NCBI GenBank assembly: GCA_036172245.1
Contig: JAYWIR010000029.1
Span: forward strand, 806,001 to 870,000
Reading direction: 5' to 3'
Source: Raillietiella orientalis
Taxonomy: Eukaryota
Length of the DNA stretch: 64,000 nt
A program made the translations under genes and the position numbers. This document shows, one piece after another, positions 23,401 through 36,959 of the stretch (its first letter is position 1; every line of letters starts with the position of its first letter). Under the pieces are notes generated by a model, which was given only the letters and a program-made list of their open reading frames with translations, had not been told where the DNA came from and ran no database searches.

Positions 23401-24082
23401 ATGAGAATGAAGAAATTTTTTTTAGAGCTTTCGCTTCGTTTCACTGTAATGGATAGAGGAAGAGTGAGTAGCCAGGAGTGGCTGGGACCACAGCCATCCT
23501 GGATCAAAAAAACAAAACAACCTGAGCTGACTCCATGAACTTGAAATCCAAGGAACTCTTTCTCCTCGAAAGAGAGCAATGCTTGTTCGATATGGCGGGA
23601 AGCGGTCGGTACGAACAGCTGGTGGATGGGAGGCGGAGCGATGGCCAGCGTAATCTCGCGAAGTAGCCGAGCTGCCCGGAGCAGTATGACTGAAAGCAGG
23701 GTTCGCGTGGGGGTCATGCTAAACTTGAAAGCTGCAGCGGCATCTCAGAACTGGTGGTACATAGCACACCAGAATCAGCCTTTCCGCCTCATTCCTCCCA
23801 CGAAAAGGCCGGGCGCACGGTCGAAGAGGTGGCGAGCCATCGTGCATTGGACCGTGTGCTTGCGCGTTGCAGGCGTTAACAGAAACGGAGGAGGCAACAG
23901 ACAACAAACGCAAGCAGTCGATCCCGTAAACAAGAGCCTGGCCTCACTGCAGTGAAGATGATGAACGAGAATCCTGCGACTCTGTGGCTTTTTTTTTCCT
24001 TTTTTTTGCCGAAGCAACAGAGTTGTATTGGTCAGACAGTCGTCGACTCGTGACCGTGTCGTTGACTCGTCATCTTATAGGG

Positions 24083-24430
24083 TCATCTCCGTGTCTTAGC
24101 TACATCACCATGTCCTTGTCTGACCGTTGTGGAGTCGGCTGATCGCTTGTCGCTTCATCTTCGGGTCTTCAGCTCAGTGCCCGGTCCTTGGCTGATCATT
24201 GTGCCGCCGACACATCACTGTGCCGATGGACGATCGTCGTGTCGCTGGAGCATGCTCGGTCAGGCCTTCGTCTCATCTTGTCGTCTTTGGCTAATCACCG
24301 TAAAGTCAACTGATCTCCTTGTCTCTGGCTCATCTCGGGAGCATCGGCTGATCCTCCCGAGATTTCGTGCCGATTATCAAGATGAACGAGATCATGTCGT
24401 CGACGCACCTCCGTGTCTTTGGCTCATTAC
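24083..24430 (+). repeat. Degenerate dispersed-tandem motif, about 5 copies
   Basis: A core resembling CATCTYCGTGTCTTTGGCTCAT recurs near 24083, 24155, 24272, 24313 and 24405. It is probably the UTR or LTR of a transposable element. Confidence 0.5.
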
Positions 24431-27400
24431 AAGTCGATGGTTCGCCTGTGGCGCTTCCTTGCATCTCCAACAGTCGTCACGGGTTTGTAGGGACTGGACC
24501 GGCAGACCATCCGTCGGTTCTTGCGCTACCACTGACCTTGCCCTTCGTCGACCTTGGATCCACCATCGCCGTTCCTGTAAAGTCCCCCCCCCCCTCCCCA
24601 CATTCCCGGTTTCCGGACCGATTCTCGCTGACGCGTCCACATCCGACTCAGCCAGCAGCCTTTCTTGTTCCTCATCTTCTTGTATCCCTGCTGCCTGTCC
24701 CCGAGGGCGTGGTCTCAGAAAAAGGGTGCGAGTCATCTGGTAGCCGGGGGATGCCCATTTCCGCGGCCCAGACAACAAGCCAACGCGATCGGAAAACGAC
24801 CGTCCCCCCAGGAGTGAACATTCAACAGCCAAGGGACACCCATCCCAGGCATCGCGAAAAGAAAAGAAATTTTTTTTTACGTTATCGAGCGGGTTTCTCA
24901 GCAACGCGAGTCCAACGCGTCCGCCAGACACTCTCGTTCCAAGTTTTCTGTGGTCGCGTGGATCTCGAGTTTTGAAGGTCTCCTGTCAAGATCGTTCTGC
25001 TGCAGATGTTCGTGTCTCTTGAATTCATCTGCGCTTTCAGGCCAGGGGGGATCGCTTTCAGTGATATCAGTCGATGGGTCGATAGTGAATGCCAGGAAGA
25101 TGTCCGTGCGTCGCACTCTTAATTGGATGATGAGGCATCTATTATTCCAAAGAAGCAACAAAGAAAACAGAAAATGAGGACTCATTTTTGGAATGCTTCA
25201 GAAAACTCTACAGCCAGAGTTTATTTTGTCCCTCTTCGGGTTTTTCGACTGGAAGATCCGAGACGAAAGCACTGCAAGAGCCCTCTTGCGTTCCGAGAGC
25301 TTCTTTCAGGGTAGCGCTGGTCTTGTGCGCCTTCGCAAAGTCTTCCCACCCCGCCACTCCCTCCCTTCCCCGCATTCCCTGTATACGCAAAAGGATCTCC
25401 TCTTCGTCTGGGTCCGGGAGAGTCTCCCTTTCACACGGCCATGCATTCTCTCTTTCCTCTTTTCCGACAAGAAATGAAAGCGACAGGAACGCAAGAGTGC
25501 TCTCGTTGGTCCTCCTGGCTAGCTGGCTTCATTTCCGGAGGATTCCTGGCAGGTCGCTTCGTTTACAGGAACCGCAGTGGTGCTTAAAAGGAACGAGAAG
25601 GGAAGGGTGTGCTCCAGATTCGACAAGGGCAGCGGCGAGATCGCAACCCGCTCCGCACGGTGAGGAACGTAGGAGTCCTGCGATGCAGGATGCGGAACCG
25701 AATGCTTCGGAGCTGAACAGGCGCGAGTCAGGTCCGAGGAGGCGCGACGGATCCGGGAACGAACCAGGAAGGAGGAATCGAGGGTTCTCCCCAGACCTAG
25801 GGAAGAAAATGGGGGTCTTGGAGCGCGCCTGTCGAACCCCCCGCCCGGGAGTGTCGGCAAGCTGGGATCGGAACGCTCGCGCACTCACCCAAACGGATCA
25901 CTACGGGGCCGCCCGAAAGTTTCTGCCGCACCCATGGGGGCGTGGAGACAGGAAAGTCTTCCGTGGTTGCTTTTCTTCATGAGGCCCGACGATCCTTCCT
26001 TTCCTCTTCTCCTCTATAGGAGACCCAAAGTAATACCCATGCGGTGCGGCAGTCGGGATCCAGGTGCGGATGCGGGACTCTGCTGCAAGGGGGCAGCCTG
26101 TGAGAACTGTCTTTGGTAGCGCTCCTCCTCCTCTTCCTCTGTCCCTCCTCTTCCCTTCCTCCTCGAAAGCAGGCCATCGGGGCAAACAAGTTCTCCCACA
26201 GACGCCATCTCAGAGACCCGGTCCTCCTCCCTCTACTTGCACAAAGCCTCTGGAAAGCCGGTTTCCCAGTGGCCGCAGGAGGCGAGGAAGGGAACTCGTC
26301 ACGGGAAGCATCCGGTTTCGGTTGCACCTCCGCTTCGCGAGCGAGTTCCGACTTCGGGCACCAGAGGGGAGCAGAGGCGAGCGAGTACTGGGGTAGATGT
26401 CCTGTCCACCACCGCGTGCCTCTTGCTCGAGGAGGCAAGGAGGCAGGAGTCCTCCGCGGAGGGACAGATGGCAACTGCGCTTTTCAGAAAATGGTCCCTG
26501 GGGCTCCGCGCGTGCGCACGCGCGGTTCATGTTCCTGGGATCGACAGGGAACGCTCGCCGTGATTCCCTGAGCAGGGAAGCCAATTGGAACCCTCGCGGG
26601 AAATTGATTGTTTCCCGGACAGCGCGTGTGCCTTGTGGTGGCGCCAGGGGTCCGTGTTACCCCAGAAGCAGGTTCGTCCTGCAGCGAAGACCATTCGTCA
26701 TCCGCAGGTGGAGGTCGCTGCTGAAGAGGTTCCTTTTCTTGTTGCACAGCGAGGCGGTGGCGTCGGTGGCGTCGGCAGCGGCGTCGGCAGCGGCCAGCAG
26801 GCCGGTGCTGGAATCCCGCGCCATGAATCAAAGCTCCAGCGTGATCGGCGAAGGGAGCGCGGCCTCGAAACTGCCGCTGCGGATGCAGCGCCGGAAGAAG
26901 GCGAGAGAGTGCCTCAGGAGCATTGGATGACTCGGAATTTTCGGAAAGCGATCACGGGAAAACGGGAAGGAAAGCTTCAGACGCGAAAGGACCAGGAGTG
27001 TTTCCCGGAGGGCTGTCATGGTAGACAGGCACACCATCTTCAATCTGTTCAAAGTAAGTTTCCGTGGTTGCTTGCGGGGAAGCGCCCGCTGTCGAGGAGC
27101 GGGCGAGGAGCTGCGGAGGCCGGTTCCCATGGAAACTCCGGCGTCTGAAAGACGCGGTCGCTCCGCTTCTCGAGAACGAGAAAGTGTGAATGGTGCCCGT
27201 AGCGGCGGCAACGGCAGCGGTCAGCGGTTGTGCTCGCCGAAAATGACGGCTGGAGGCTCAGCGTGGAACGGGCAGCGGTTCTCGTTTCGCGACCGAGGAC
27301 TTGCCTTCGGGGTGCGGTTAGCAGGCATCGTCGCATCTTTTGAAGTTTCTCCGAGAACTCTTAATGATCTCCAAGTTTCAGTACCATCCCGAAAACCTGC

Positions 27401-30249
27401 CTGCCTGCAAACAAATATTCGAAAGTGCCAACAAGGCCGCAAGATAAATCGTAGGAGTAGCTCGCAAATATTTGGGAGGATACTGATTTATTTTGATACT
27501 GCTCCAGTGATCTTGAGTGAGCGGTCTGGAAATCGTTTTCTGGATTTGCGGATCTAGGAAGATTTTTGCTCTCCCAGCGCTGTTCTATGGTGTGCTAATA
27601 ACTGGTTTCGGGATGATAAAAGCATCCATTGCTAACCGATATGCCACTTAGTGAGAGTTTTGCGAAGAAAGAGACAGCCTCCGGTGGCGCTGATTCTTGT
27701 CGAACAGAAAAGGTAAAGAATTTTCCATCTAAAGAAGAAGGGAAAGGGAAAAATCTTTTTTTCTTTTCTTTTCTCGTCTTCCTGGTGCAAAGGAAGTTCT
27801 CAAGTTCAACAGGCACGAAAGATCTCCCCAGCGCCGAGCCTTGATAAGTGATGTCGCTCCGCGATGGAGCCACGTTATCAAGGACAGGAAGGACCTGAAA
27901 CATTTTCGGGGGAAACAAGGGGAGTTCTCGTGTTGTTCTCGAATGCTTCGCCGACGAGTCACCTCGGCCGCCAGAGCGCACGGGCGCACGCGGGTCAAAC
28001 TACGACCGGAGGACTCTGTGGTGGCACTACGAACGAGACCGTGTCTGCTCCAGCCTCTTGTCGGAATCAATATTGGCATGGGGACTTCAGCAGGAGCTCT
28101 GAATGTTGAAATTTGGTTGTCATTTGAAATCCGTTTTCCCCGTGACATACTGGCAATCATGGCGAGGATCACGGCGTCACAGTAAATCTTTCACGATGAG
28201 GAACACTTAGCTGATGAGGAGGAAACGACGATCTTGCTATCTTTTGATGGGATAATTTTTGGTCTGTGTGCCGTAAGTAATGATGATAATTATGGAAGGT
28301 GCTCTGTGTTGGAACTGGACTACCATCGAAAGATCTGGCTGCCTGAAATGTGGAGGGAAACTGAGGTCGTTGGCACTCTAATGGAACCCGCTGAGGCAGT
28401 CGAGATAGGAGTCCCAGACTCAGGGCATTGCGATCGTGACGTGAGCAAGAAACAAATCCTTGTTCTCAAGAAGAAGGCCGTTTATTTCTTCCTTCTCTCA
28501 TCCTGATTTGAAGAGGCCAGCATAGTACATCGAACCAAAAAAAAAAAAAAATCCTCACCTGTTACGTTTGCATCTTTAAAGGATGCAGCGTCTCTCTCTC
28601 AAGGGGAAGAAACGGAAATTTGCATTTTTCGAATTCCCATTTAGCCTGAGATACTCCTTGCCTTGTTGTTATTGTTTTCTTTCTCTTGCGCGAGCGTTCT
28701 TTTGCCTCTGAATCTTTTTCTGTCCATATCTCTTCAGTGCCGATTATCAAGATGAATCGAGTTCTGAGACCACTCTGCTACCAGCAGCAGCTACGTTTCT
28801 CTGCGAGCATCCTCATTCTTCCACCACAGCTCTCCCAAACAACAAGACGCCGCCATAAATCTGCCTGCACGCTCACGTTTCCAAGCTGACGGAAAGTCTT
28901 TCCCCTTCAGGCATCGTGCTCTTCAGAATCTCTCGACAGGTTCTTGCCTCGAAGCTGATGATCGCAAGTTCCACCGAAATTACTTAAAGGTGCACCAGAA
29001 AGAGGAGAAAATCCTTTGCTCTTCTTGCGAGGGTGGTGTGTTCCCCTGATCTGCCAGTAGAGGGCACATTCGGATTCATTCACGTTTTCCTTCCACATCT
29101 GGAAAAACTCCAGCGATTCATCCTCCAGCAGTGAATATTTTCCAGAAGACCCACGAAAGGAGAGAAAAAGAGAGAAAATCCGCTCCTGTTCTGTGGTTAA
29201 TCTGTGAACTTTTCTGCTTCCACTTCCTCAAAGTATATCTTGTTTAAGAGACGGTCTTCGGGTGACTCAAAGTTCTTACATTGGTCTGTGTCCCCTTGGA
29301 ACACAGGAAGATGCATGCGGTGTTTCAGTATGTCCTCCCAGTAATTTCATATTGTTTCATATTTTCCATTCTAAAACATTGCAAGAGAACTCTTAGCTAA
29401 GTCCTCAAGGCACCTAAGAAATCACCCTTGCTTTAATCTCTGTTTTCTCTGCGGACTGTAATGCTCTGTTAGATGGGAAAAGATACGGACTGCCTTTGTG
29501 TTCAATGTGTCACTCCCAAACCTGGAAGGTATAATGACTCTTCATAGCCGGATCTCTTTCTCCTGAGCTATGGCGTGCTAGTAACTGCCACGATCTCTAC
29601 TCCAGACCACTAACCAGGAAAACGTCAGGTGGAGAATGGAAAGTCCGATAGATTGAACATGGAAGATGTACGTGGGTCCATATTCGAGAAACTTCCCCTA
29701 ATTTAAGTGAGGGATTCGGAGACGAGTAGGTTGAGTTCGAGCTTCTCATTGGATAGAGTGATGCTGCTGCTGATAATAAGCTCACATTCGTAAAAATAAC
29801 CTATCTATAATTCGATAGAAAGTTTCGTGAGTTTTCTAAAAGTCTTGAGAGACAGTACACGGTCGTTTGAGCAGCCAGGGAGATGAGAAATTGAGATTGT
29901 AAACGGTCGGGTGATGCTTATTAGCTAAGCGTTAAATAGAGGAAGGAATAGGTGTCGAAAAATACAACTATCTAAAAGAGATGAAGCATTTCCAGATTTC
30001 CCTTTCCGGATCTAAGTTCTTCGCTGTCGAAGTGGTGTCCTGAAATTGCTTGTGACTGCACAAGTTCCGAACACGCGATGTAATTCTTTTTACAGAGAAC
30101 GGTCATGAGATTCCCAACTTCGAGGCGAACACCGCTAAATGCGGATGAGAAGGGAATGATGTTATTGCATCAAGCACACCGGAATCGGTTAATCCATTCC
30201 ACCTTGTGACCCGGATGCTGTAGTTTCTAGGGTGTGCACGTCTTGATTG

Positions 30250-30510
30250 CGGCATGTTCACAAAGCAGACACTGTGGTACTTGTGTTCCGATGCAGAAAT
30301 TTGCCGAAAGCGTTTCTTGCCCCAGCGGACCCTTTGCTCATGTGTTTCAGGCTGCACATCGCATCTCCGCCGAAGGTGCGAATGTGCAAATGAACTGCGT
30401 CGTAGAAAACATGCATTTCCTTGCGAGTATTTTTGACAAACAGCCAAAGCAGAGTCTTCATAGAAATCAAGACTTTTCTCCCCATCCGTTCTTCTCCATG
30501 CCCTTGATCT
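30250..30510 (-). mobile_element. Possible piggyBac (PGBD-type) transposase C-terminal relic
   Basis: AWRRTDGEKSLDFYEDSALAVCQKY...RRCD....H...GKKRFRQ loosely resembles PGBD C-termini. Most Cys ligands are absent, so support is weak. Confidence 0.25.
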
Positions 30511-30899
30511 CGGAAGTTTATTAACTTTCCACAAACCGTGCAATGAGACAGCAGCACAGTGTTAAAGCAAAACGAGCAACTGAAAGTGAAGGGTGTCTTT
30601 CACAACTTCCCACTTTCCTTCTAGACCAACTGCTTGAATAAATAAACAACAGTCTCAATGATACAGCTAACGTTTCCCATGACAGTTTTTCTTATTCGCC
30701 TATCGACCACTGTGTCATGCGACGTCCACTATTTGAATGTACGTCCCTTTAAAATGCGATCCTGTTCTCGCCAAAAATAAGCGATCAATGAAAAAGGCAT
30801 TGGATTCAGACGTTCTCAAATGGTGATTCCATTTTCTCGCTCGTTTTGAAACAGATACGGAACAATTAAGTGGCACTCTTGATTCCGTTGCTTTGCTTT

Positions 30900-31900
30900 C
30901 AAAGACGAAAGACTTGGTGTTCTCAAACTCGAATGCCTGATGCTGGAAATTTCTCTCTGTAGAGGCACAACGTTAAGCGGAACATCGCCGCTGCAGACTC
31001 TATCTTTCAATTCACATCCTGAATCCCACTCGATGCAGTTCCATCCCGTCCTTACGAGACAGATTCAATTCGGATTTCGCTCATTTGTTCTTCAGAACGT
31101 ATTTGATTCATAAGAAGATGAGAGGTGAAAACGTTTTCACATCTGAAAACGTATGGAAGACTGTACGACAAGATATTCTGGAACACAGCAAATGGGATGT
31201 TTGATACATCTCTTTTGTGTCTAGTCGTGAGAATGCTGCTTTTTGTGCTCCAGAGAGAGATCCTTCTACTCGGATCAAATACTGAAATCGCAAAGAACCA
31301 TCATGGTAAAAAAATGGTCTCAAACAGATCGCTGTCACAGACGACAGTTACATCCACTTATGTTCTCCGGCTGCCTTTCCTTGCGTCATGTCAAGTTCAC
31401 ATAAATTCGTACCGAATGATTAAGAGCGAGGCACCAAGATCTCCGAATACTGGCTCCAGGCTCCTTTCTTTAGATTCTGTTGATAAATTGGGACATAAGA
31501 TGGCATTATTCGGTTTTAAACATTTCGAAGAGTCCAAAAAAAAAAAAATTTCGAATCCTCAAAAATTGGCAGCTCAGGAAAAAAATACCTGAAAAGTCAC
31601 AGCTTCTGGATATGTGTGTCTACTCTCGATCAGGAGGAATTCGTTTTTTATCGACAGGCTTTACCCTTTTCTTTGATTTGGGAATCAGAAGTGATCGTTC
31701 GAAAGGCCTGTTAATGGGTGCAGAATCGAAAATCACTTCCTCTACATCCATATGGACGAACCTTCCCTCGGATGCAAATTCTTATTCAATCCTGAGGAGC
31801 TTTAAAGTGTTCCTCCATGAGCTCCTTCAAATTCTCTTCACGTTCAGCAATGTCCCTGCGCTTTGATCTGAGCCAAATGGCCGAGAAGTCATCATCAGAG
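30900..31900 (-). mobile_element. Heavily decayed LINE ORF2 relic (RTE-like)
   Basis: Fragments such as EENLKELMEEHFK, DSAPINRPF and FQYL....GAQKAAFSRL occur in the order expected in LINE ORF2, with many stops. Confidence 0.3.
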
Positions 31901-34900
31901 TTAGTGGAAAGTTTCATAAGATGCTTTCCAAGTTCCATGCATGCTGCACACTTTAATTTGAGGCGAGCTAAAGAAGAAAAAAAGGAAACTCTTTGGCGAT
32001 TTGGGAAGTATTCTGCATCTTCGAGGACACATTTTCGCAAGGAGGGCGGGTGCGTCAGTAGTGATTTGTTTGTCTGATCCAGAGGGCTTTCAATAAAAAA
32101 ATAGTGGAGGAATTGCAAGTTTAAATTTCGGAGAGCCGTAATTCTTGCATTCTTGCAGCTGTTGCAGCGGTTTTTAGTTCGTGCGTTCCTCTCAATCAGC
32201 ACGCACAGACTGCCAAGCATTGGCAACAGGAAAACCAGGTGGATCACGGTTGGTCCATGCAATGTAACATGGAAGTTGGGTAGATCTCAGAACAGTTTCC
32301 TTCATTTGGACATTTCGATTTGGTTTGATTCACTTCTTGCTCCTGTAGAATACATCATGGGATTTCCCTAATGGACACGTGTTTCTTGAGCTACAACTCC
32401 TCTGCAAATGAACATTTCAATGTGGTGTCTTCTGCGCTCCAGGAATCTCATAGTGATCATTCCGTATATCTGAAAAAGCAAGCTTTCTTGTACACTTACT
32501 ACTCACCTATGGGATGTCCCCTCCCCCTCCTATTTTTTTTTCTGTTCACCAGCACACCATTTCTTCTATAGTGCCTTGGAACTCGGGGTATTTTGGAGGG
32601 AATAGGTTTTCAAGAATCCGTTTCCAGGGGTTTCATTACAGGAACTACAAAGATACATCTTCACTCTGATGCTATTTCAGTACGAATCCAGAATCTATGT
32701 AATGAAGTGAACATGTCCGGGTTGCATTATGGCTGCCTATGGATTTTGCTTTCAGCCTGGTAGCCAGAAAAGTTACTGCAGAATTTGGAGACCCCTTGTT
32801 TGCTCCTTTGATCTCAAATTGAGCAATCTTACTCACTGCATCCACGTTTTTCTTCCCGGTAAAGTGCTGATGAATTGCAGCCATCTACACTACCGTTTAT
32901 AATCTGTTTTGAGTTGTATGGTGAATGAAGAGAAAGTTGGTTGAGAAATCAAGATGGCACAGAAAGCTATCTTTCGTTTCCGATGTGTCTCATGAAAATT
33001 CAGCCATGCCCCATTTAATCCCAGACTTTTCGAATCCGTTCCGATACCATCAATTTTTGTTTCTTACTTTCGAATGTGTTACTGGATGCATTCGAGAGGA
33101 AGTAACTTGATGCACGGGTCTATCTCTTGTTCGTACTGATACACTCATGACTATCAGGAAACTCCTTTGCTGGCACTGTGCAATGACCAGGCGATAAGAC
33201 TAATCAGTCAGTCGATCGATTTGCTTCTAATAAGAGATGGTCTTTGTCTGACTAATCGCAATTTTCATCAGGTCCGGCGTGGTTTCAAGAAGCACTTCCT
33301 CAAAAAGAGAAAGCGGAATGCATTATCAGGCAGCCAGGAATATTGGGTTAGTCGTAGGTCTGTCACTTGCATAAAGAGAGCACTCTGTCGGAGTTTTGTT
33401 CGATCAGCTAATCGTTTGCACTATGAGCCGTCATGAAACGCCCAATCGAAGCGACGACTGTGAGCACTGCGTTTCAGCTGAGCTCCAGATGTGTTTTACC
33501 GATCTGGAGCTGTCCTCGGAAGGCGACACAGCAGCACTCATCGGCGTAGTCACAAACATTGCAAGCGCCTACAGCTAAAGGCTCAGCACGATGCAGCTTT
33601 CACAGCTGTGTCCTTTACGATATATTTAAGGGGTCAATTCGGAGTATGAGAAAGATGCGAGAAAGATGAAACGACCAGGGTTTTACGTCTCCATAACTTT
33701 CGTAGGAAGAGGACTGACGCGATGAATTGAATGAACGTACGAAGACGTTACGTATGTACTCATGCATGGAATGTACCTAAGGGTTATTTCACAGTGTATC
33801 ATGGCTTACGCATTCTCGTGTCACCTGGTTCAAGTTGTGACTGAGATCTAAGGCGAGCTATTTTGCATGTGCCTCCTACAAAATACAGTGCTTTCTCATT
33901 AAATGTTGATGAATTCTCGCTGGCGGACAGATAATTTACAAGAAATGGTTGGCATTTCATGAACTGAATGTTGTCATTATCTTTCATAAGCATATTTTTG
34001 AATTTCTGAATCGGTAATGATCATTCTCTTCCAAGTAACAAACTAATTTAAATCATTAATTCAGAAACTAATCTTAAATGATGGTAGTTGATTCTGAATG
34101 GTCGATAAATAAATAAATTATGAAATTTATGACGAAAATTCTTATAAGCTCCAGATCAGAAGGAAGTAAACATCTGATCAATATCGAAAACCAGAGTTGC
34201 GTTTCCCTTTCGTTCGGCGCGAGTCTGCTTTTCCTTTTTCAGTCAGCTGCTTCCGGCGGAACGCGATGATTGGAATGATCCCGATTTTTTTCTCTATCAC
34301 TAGAATGTGTGAGACTCGAATCCTGGATGCATGAATTCCTTTTCCGGGTTACGTTTGGTCAAGCAGCCATTGAGACAGTAAGAGGCATCGGGAAAAACAT
34401 CAATGTCTTCGGCTACCTTTACATGATGGCATCGTATTCCCGAAAGGTCACCAAGAGCTGAGGACTTTTTCACTTATGTCAGTCCCGCAAATGAGTTTGT
34501 GGTGGTTGGCGCTGATTACTAGCTGTCTAAACGACACTCTGCAGAGGGCTGAACGAGTTTCTTTGAGACGGAAGTTTGGCATCTGGAGCAACTGACGGCT
34601 GCTAATGAAGTGAGACGTCTTTAGTCGGTGAAAATATTTGGGAGGAAGAAATAAAGTACTCTTCAAGTAGATGACTGATGAGCAGGAAAGTGCAAGGTTT
34701 CGACTCGAGGAAGTGATCTGTAGAGGAACTCGAGAGACTGGAAGGACTAGACCCGTTCAGCTCACCTATGATGCATACGGATCTGATCTTGAAATCAATG
34801 AAGGAATCCCACTTCAGATCCAACGACAGGCGAGTCTGCTAGATGCTGAGAAAACAGAATGATTGAAGGGAACTTGATGGCGTAGAGTTAGATGCTGACT

Positions 34901-35099
34901 AAAGTTGTGGGACGACACATGAAGATATCCTAAAAACTTCTAGTAGAAATCGGAAAACCATCCGTTCATGCATAAGGAAAAAAAAATAAATGTTTTTTCT
35001 CTGGAATGTTTCCAAACATACAGTCGAGCTAGGGATTATGCAAAACGGTGGGACAGCAGGTAGGACACATCAAGGATAAGGAGCTGCGTCTGCGATATT

Positions 35100-36700
35100 T
35101 CTGGTCCGTTAACAGCCTCATGAATTTTATGGTTACATTGCAAGAAAGATATGCTGAACGATGTCGTGGTGATCGATACCAGGAATCATGGGTTGTTCCC
35201 ATCTACCAGTCTGTAGAGACGTAGGATTTCCAAACTCCAAGCTGAGATCGTTAGAGTGGACTGCTTTCTTCCACACGTTTTCTATCGATTACAGATTAGA
35301 CATTTCTGAGAAATAGGATTCCATTGATGGCAACATCCTCTTTTACGAGAAGAATGGTTTCCTGCAAGCTCCATTCCCTTAAAAATCACGATTCTTGTTA
35401 TTACCATTTTATTTGATGTGATTTCCGAGGCACACACTGTTGAAATTCGAGAAGAAAGTCTTCGAGAGCTACCCAGTTTGTAAAGGAGGCAGAATAAGGG
35501 ATACTCTATTTCTGCTTTGTACTTTTCTTGTGCTCTTGATTCTTAGAAACTGTGCTGCCAGCACTTTTGTCGCCTAATCTCTAGAGTGAGCAGTGTCTTA
35601 TTCCGATTCACGAATCCTGACTGTGAGAATGGGGAACTTGATACAGCAAGGAGATCCTTAAAATCCAACTTCGTGATCCTCAGGATTCAGAGACTGACAC
35701 GACCGACTCTTGCTCTGTATCCTGCAGAACTATACTTTGACTCATTTATAGTGAATGGTGCTGTTTTTGTCTTTTCAATCAGCATTGTGTGATTGATTTC
35801 TCCTATTATCTTGCTGCACAGCAACAACTCAAAGGGGCAAGGAAAAATGGATCATTTCAGCTTCCTGCGGGATTCGAGCGGATTCTGGATGCTTTGATTA
35901 CAACTGAATTCATCTGCTTTCAACCTATTCATGACCTCCATCCTTTCTGCAATTGGCTATACTTTTTTTTTTGTATTTTGGTTGAATTTGCAGAATTCTG
36001 CAGTGCCGAATGTCGGAAGCATCCTCAGCTTCAAGTGGTGGCACTTCCCGTACCAGCTCTATCATACCACGTTCAAGGTGTTCTTATTTTTGTTTCTTCT
36101 CTATTCCACGAAGATCTACCGAGCACCATCTTGTTTCTTGCCTTCTTTTTCCGACTACCAACGTTTGCCGCCCAATCTGGTTTCTATATCTATTTCTCAT
36201 TAGCTGCCAAGAGCACTGGGCGGTTCCTCATGTGCTTACCCACTCCACTGTCGTCACTGCACTGAGTCTTCTCTTATTAACAAAGAGTTCCTCGAAGAGT
36301 TTCTTTGCGTAGAGCGGTGCCGTTGTTCTTTGCTTGCTCGCGTGTCTATGGCGTATCGTTTCATTGCATCCTCCAACGAAATGCAACCGAGTTCCGGAAC
36401 CTGGGAGGAACTTGATAGTAATGTCTTCACTGGGGGAAACGAACGACTGGAGGGGATGCACAGCAATAATGGAACCACAAGATATTTCGAAAAGAAAATG
36501 CCGGCAGTTTGTGTTCTGATCGGATGATGTCGGAGTTCGCAGCATCTGAATTACTGGAAACCCCCACTACTTTTCGTACTGCTGTGACTTTCGGTAGGAT
36601 CCCCGGAAAAACTACGCTCTCTTTGCAGTCACAAATGGGAAGGGTAAGAAGGATTCAGAATGAAGTAAGAAGAAAGAAGAAACGGATGGGAAGGTAACAG
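35100..36700 (-). mobile_element. Heavily decayed LINE ORF2 relic (APE-RT type)
   Basis: Scattered minus-strand motifs (FSGD..SH, TWYD, IRSNP, RISLL, QHSF, NFNSV) occur in LINE order. All frames are broken. Confidence 0.3.
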
Positions 36701-36959
36701 AATTCCTCCTTGCCTCAACCATCATGGTCTGATGGCCGACCAGACGAACCTGATCATTCCAGGAACAACTACAAGGAGAAAGAAAAGTATTAACTGTGAA
36801 CGTCTCTTGAATCTTTGAGGAGTACTCCTCAAGAGAAGAGAACATGAGTGCCAGAAGAGGCAAGACGGAAAAAGGAGAGTAATTATCGGGAGCTAGCTCC
36901 TCACCTCGCCTACAAAGGAGTGCCCGCCGCAAAAGCAGCAATTGCCGTCGGATCTCTGG

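Noticed and set aside
24083..24430. Repeat-spacer appearance reminiscent of CRISPR
   Set aside because: The copies are degenerate and unevenly spaced, the context is eukaryotic, and there are no cas genes.
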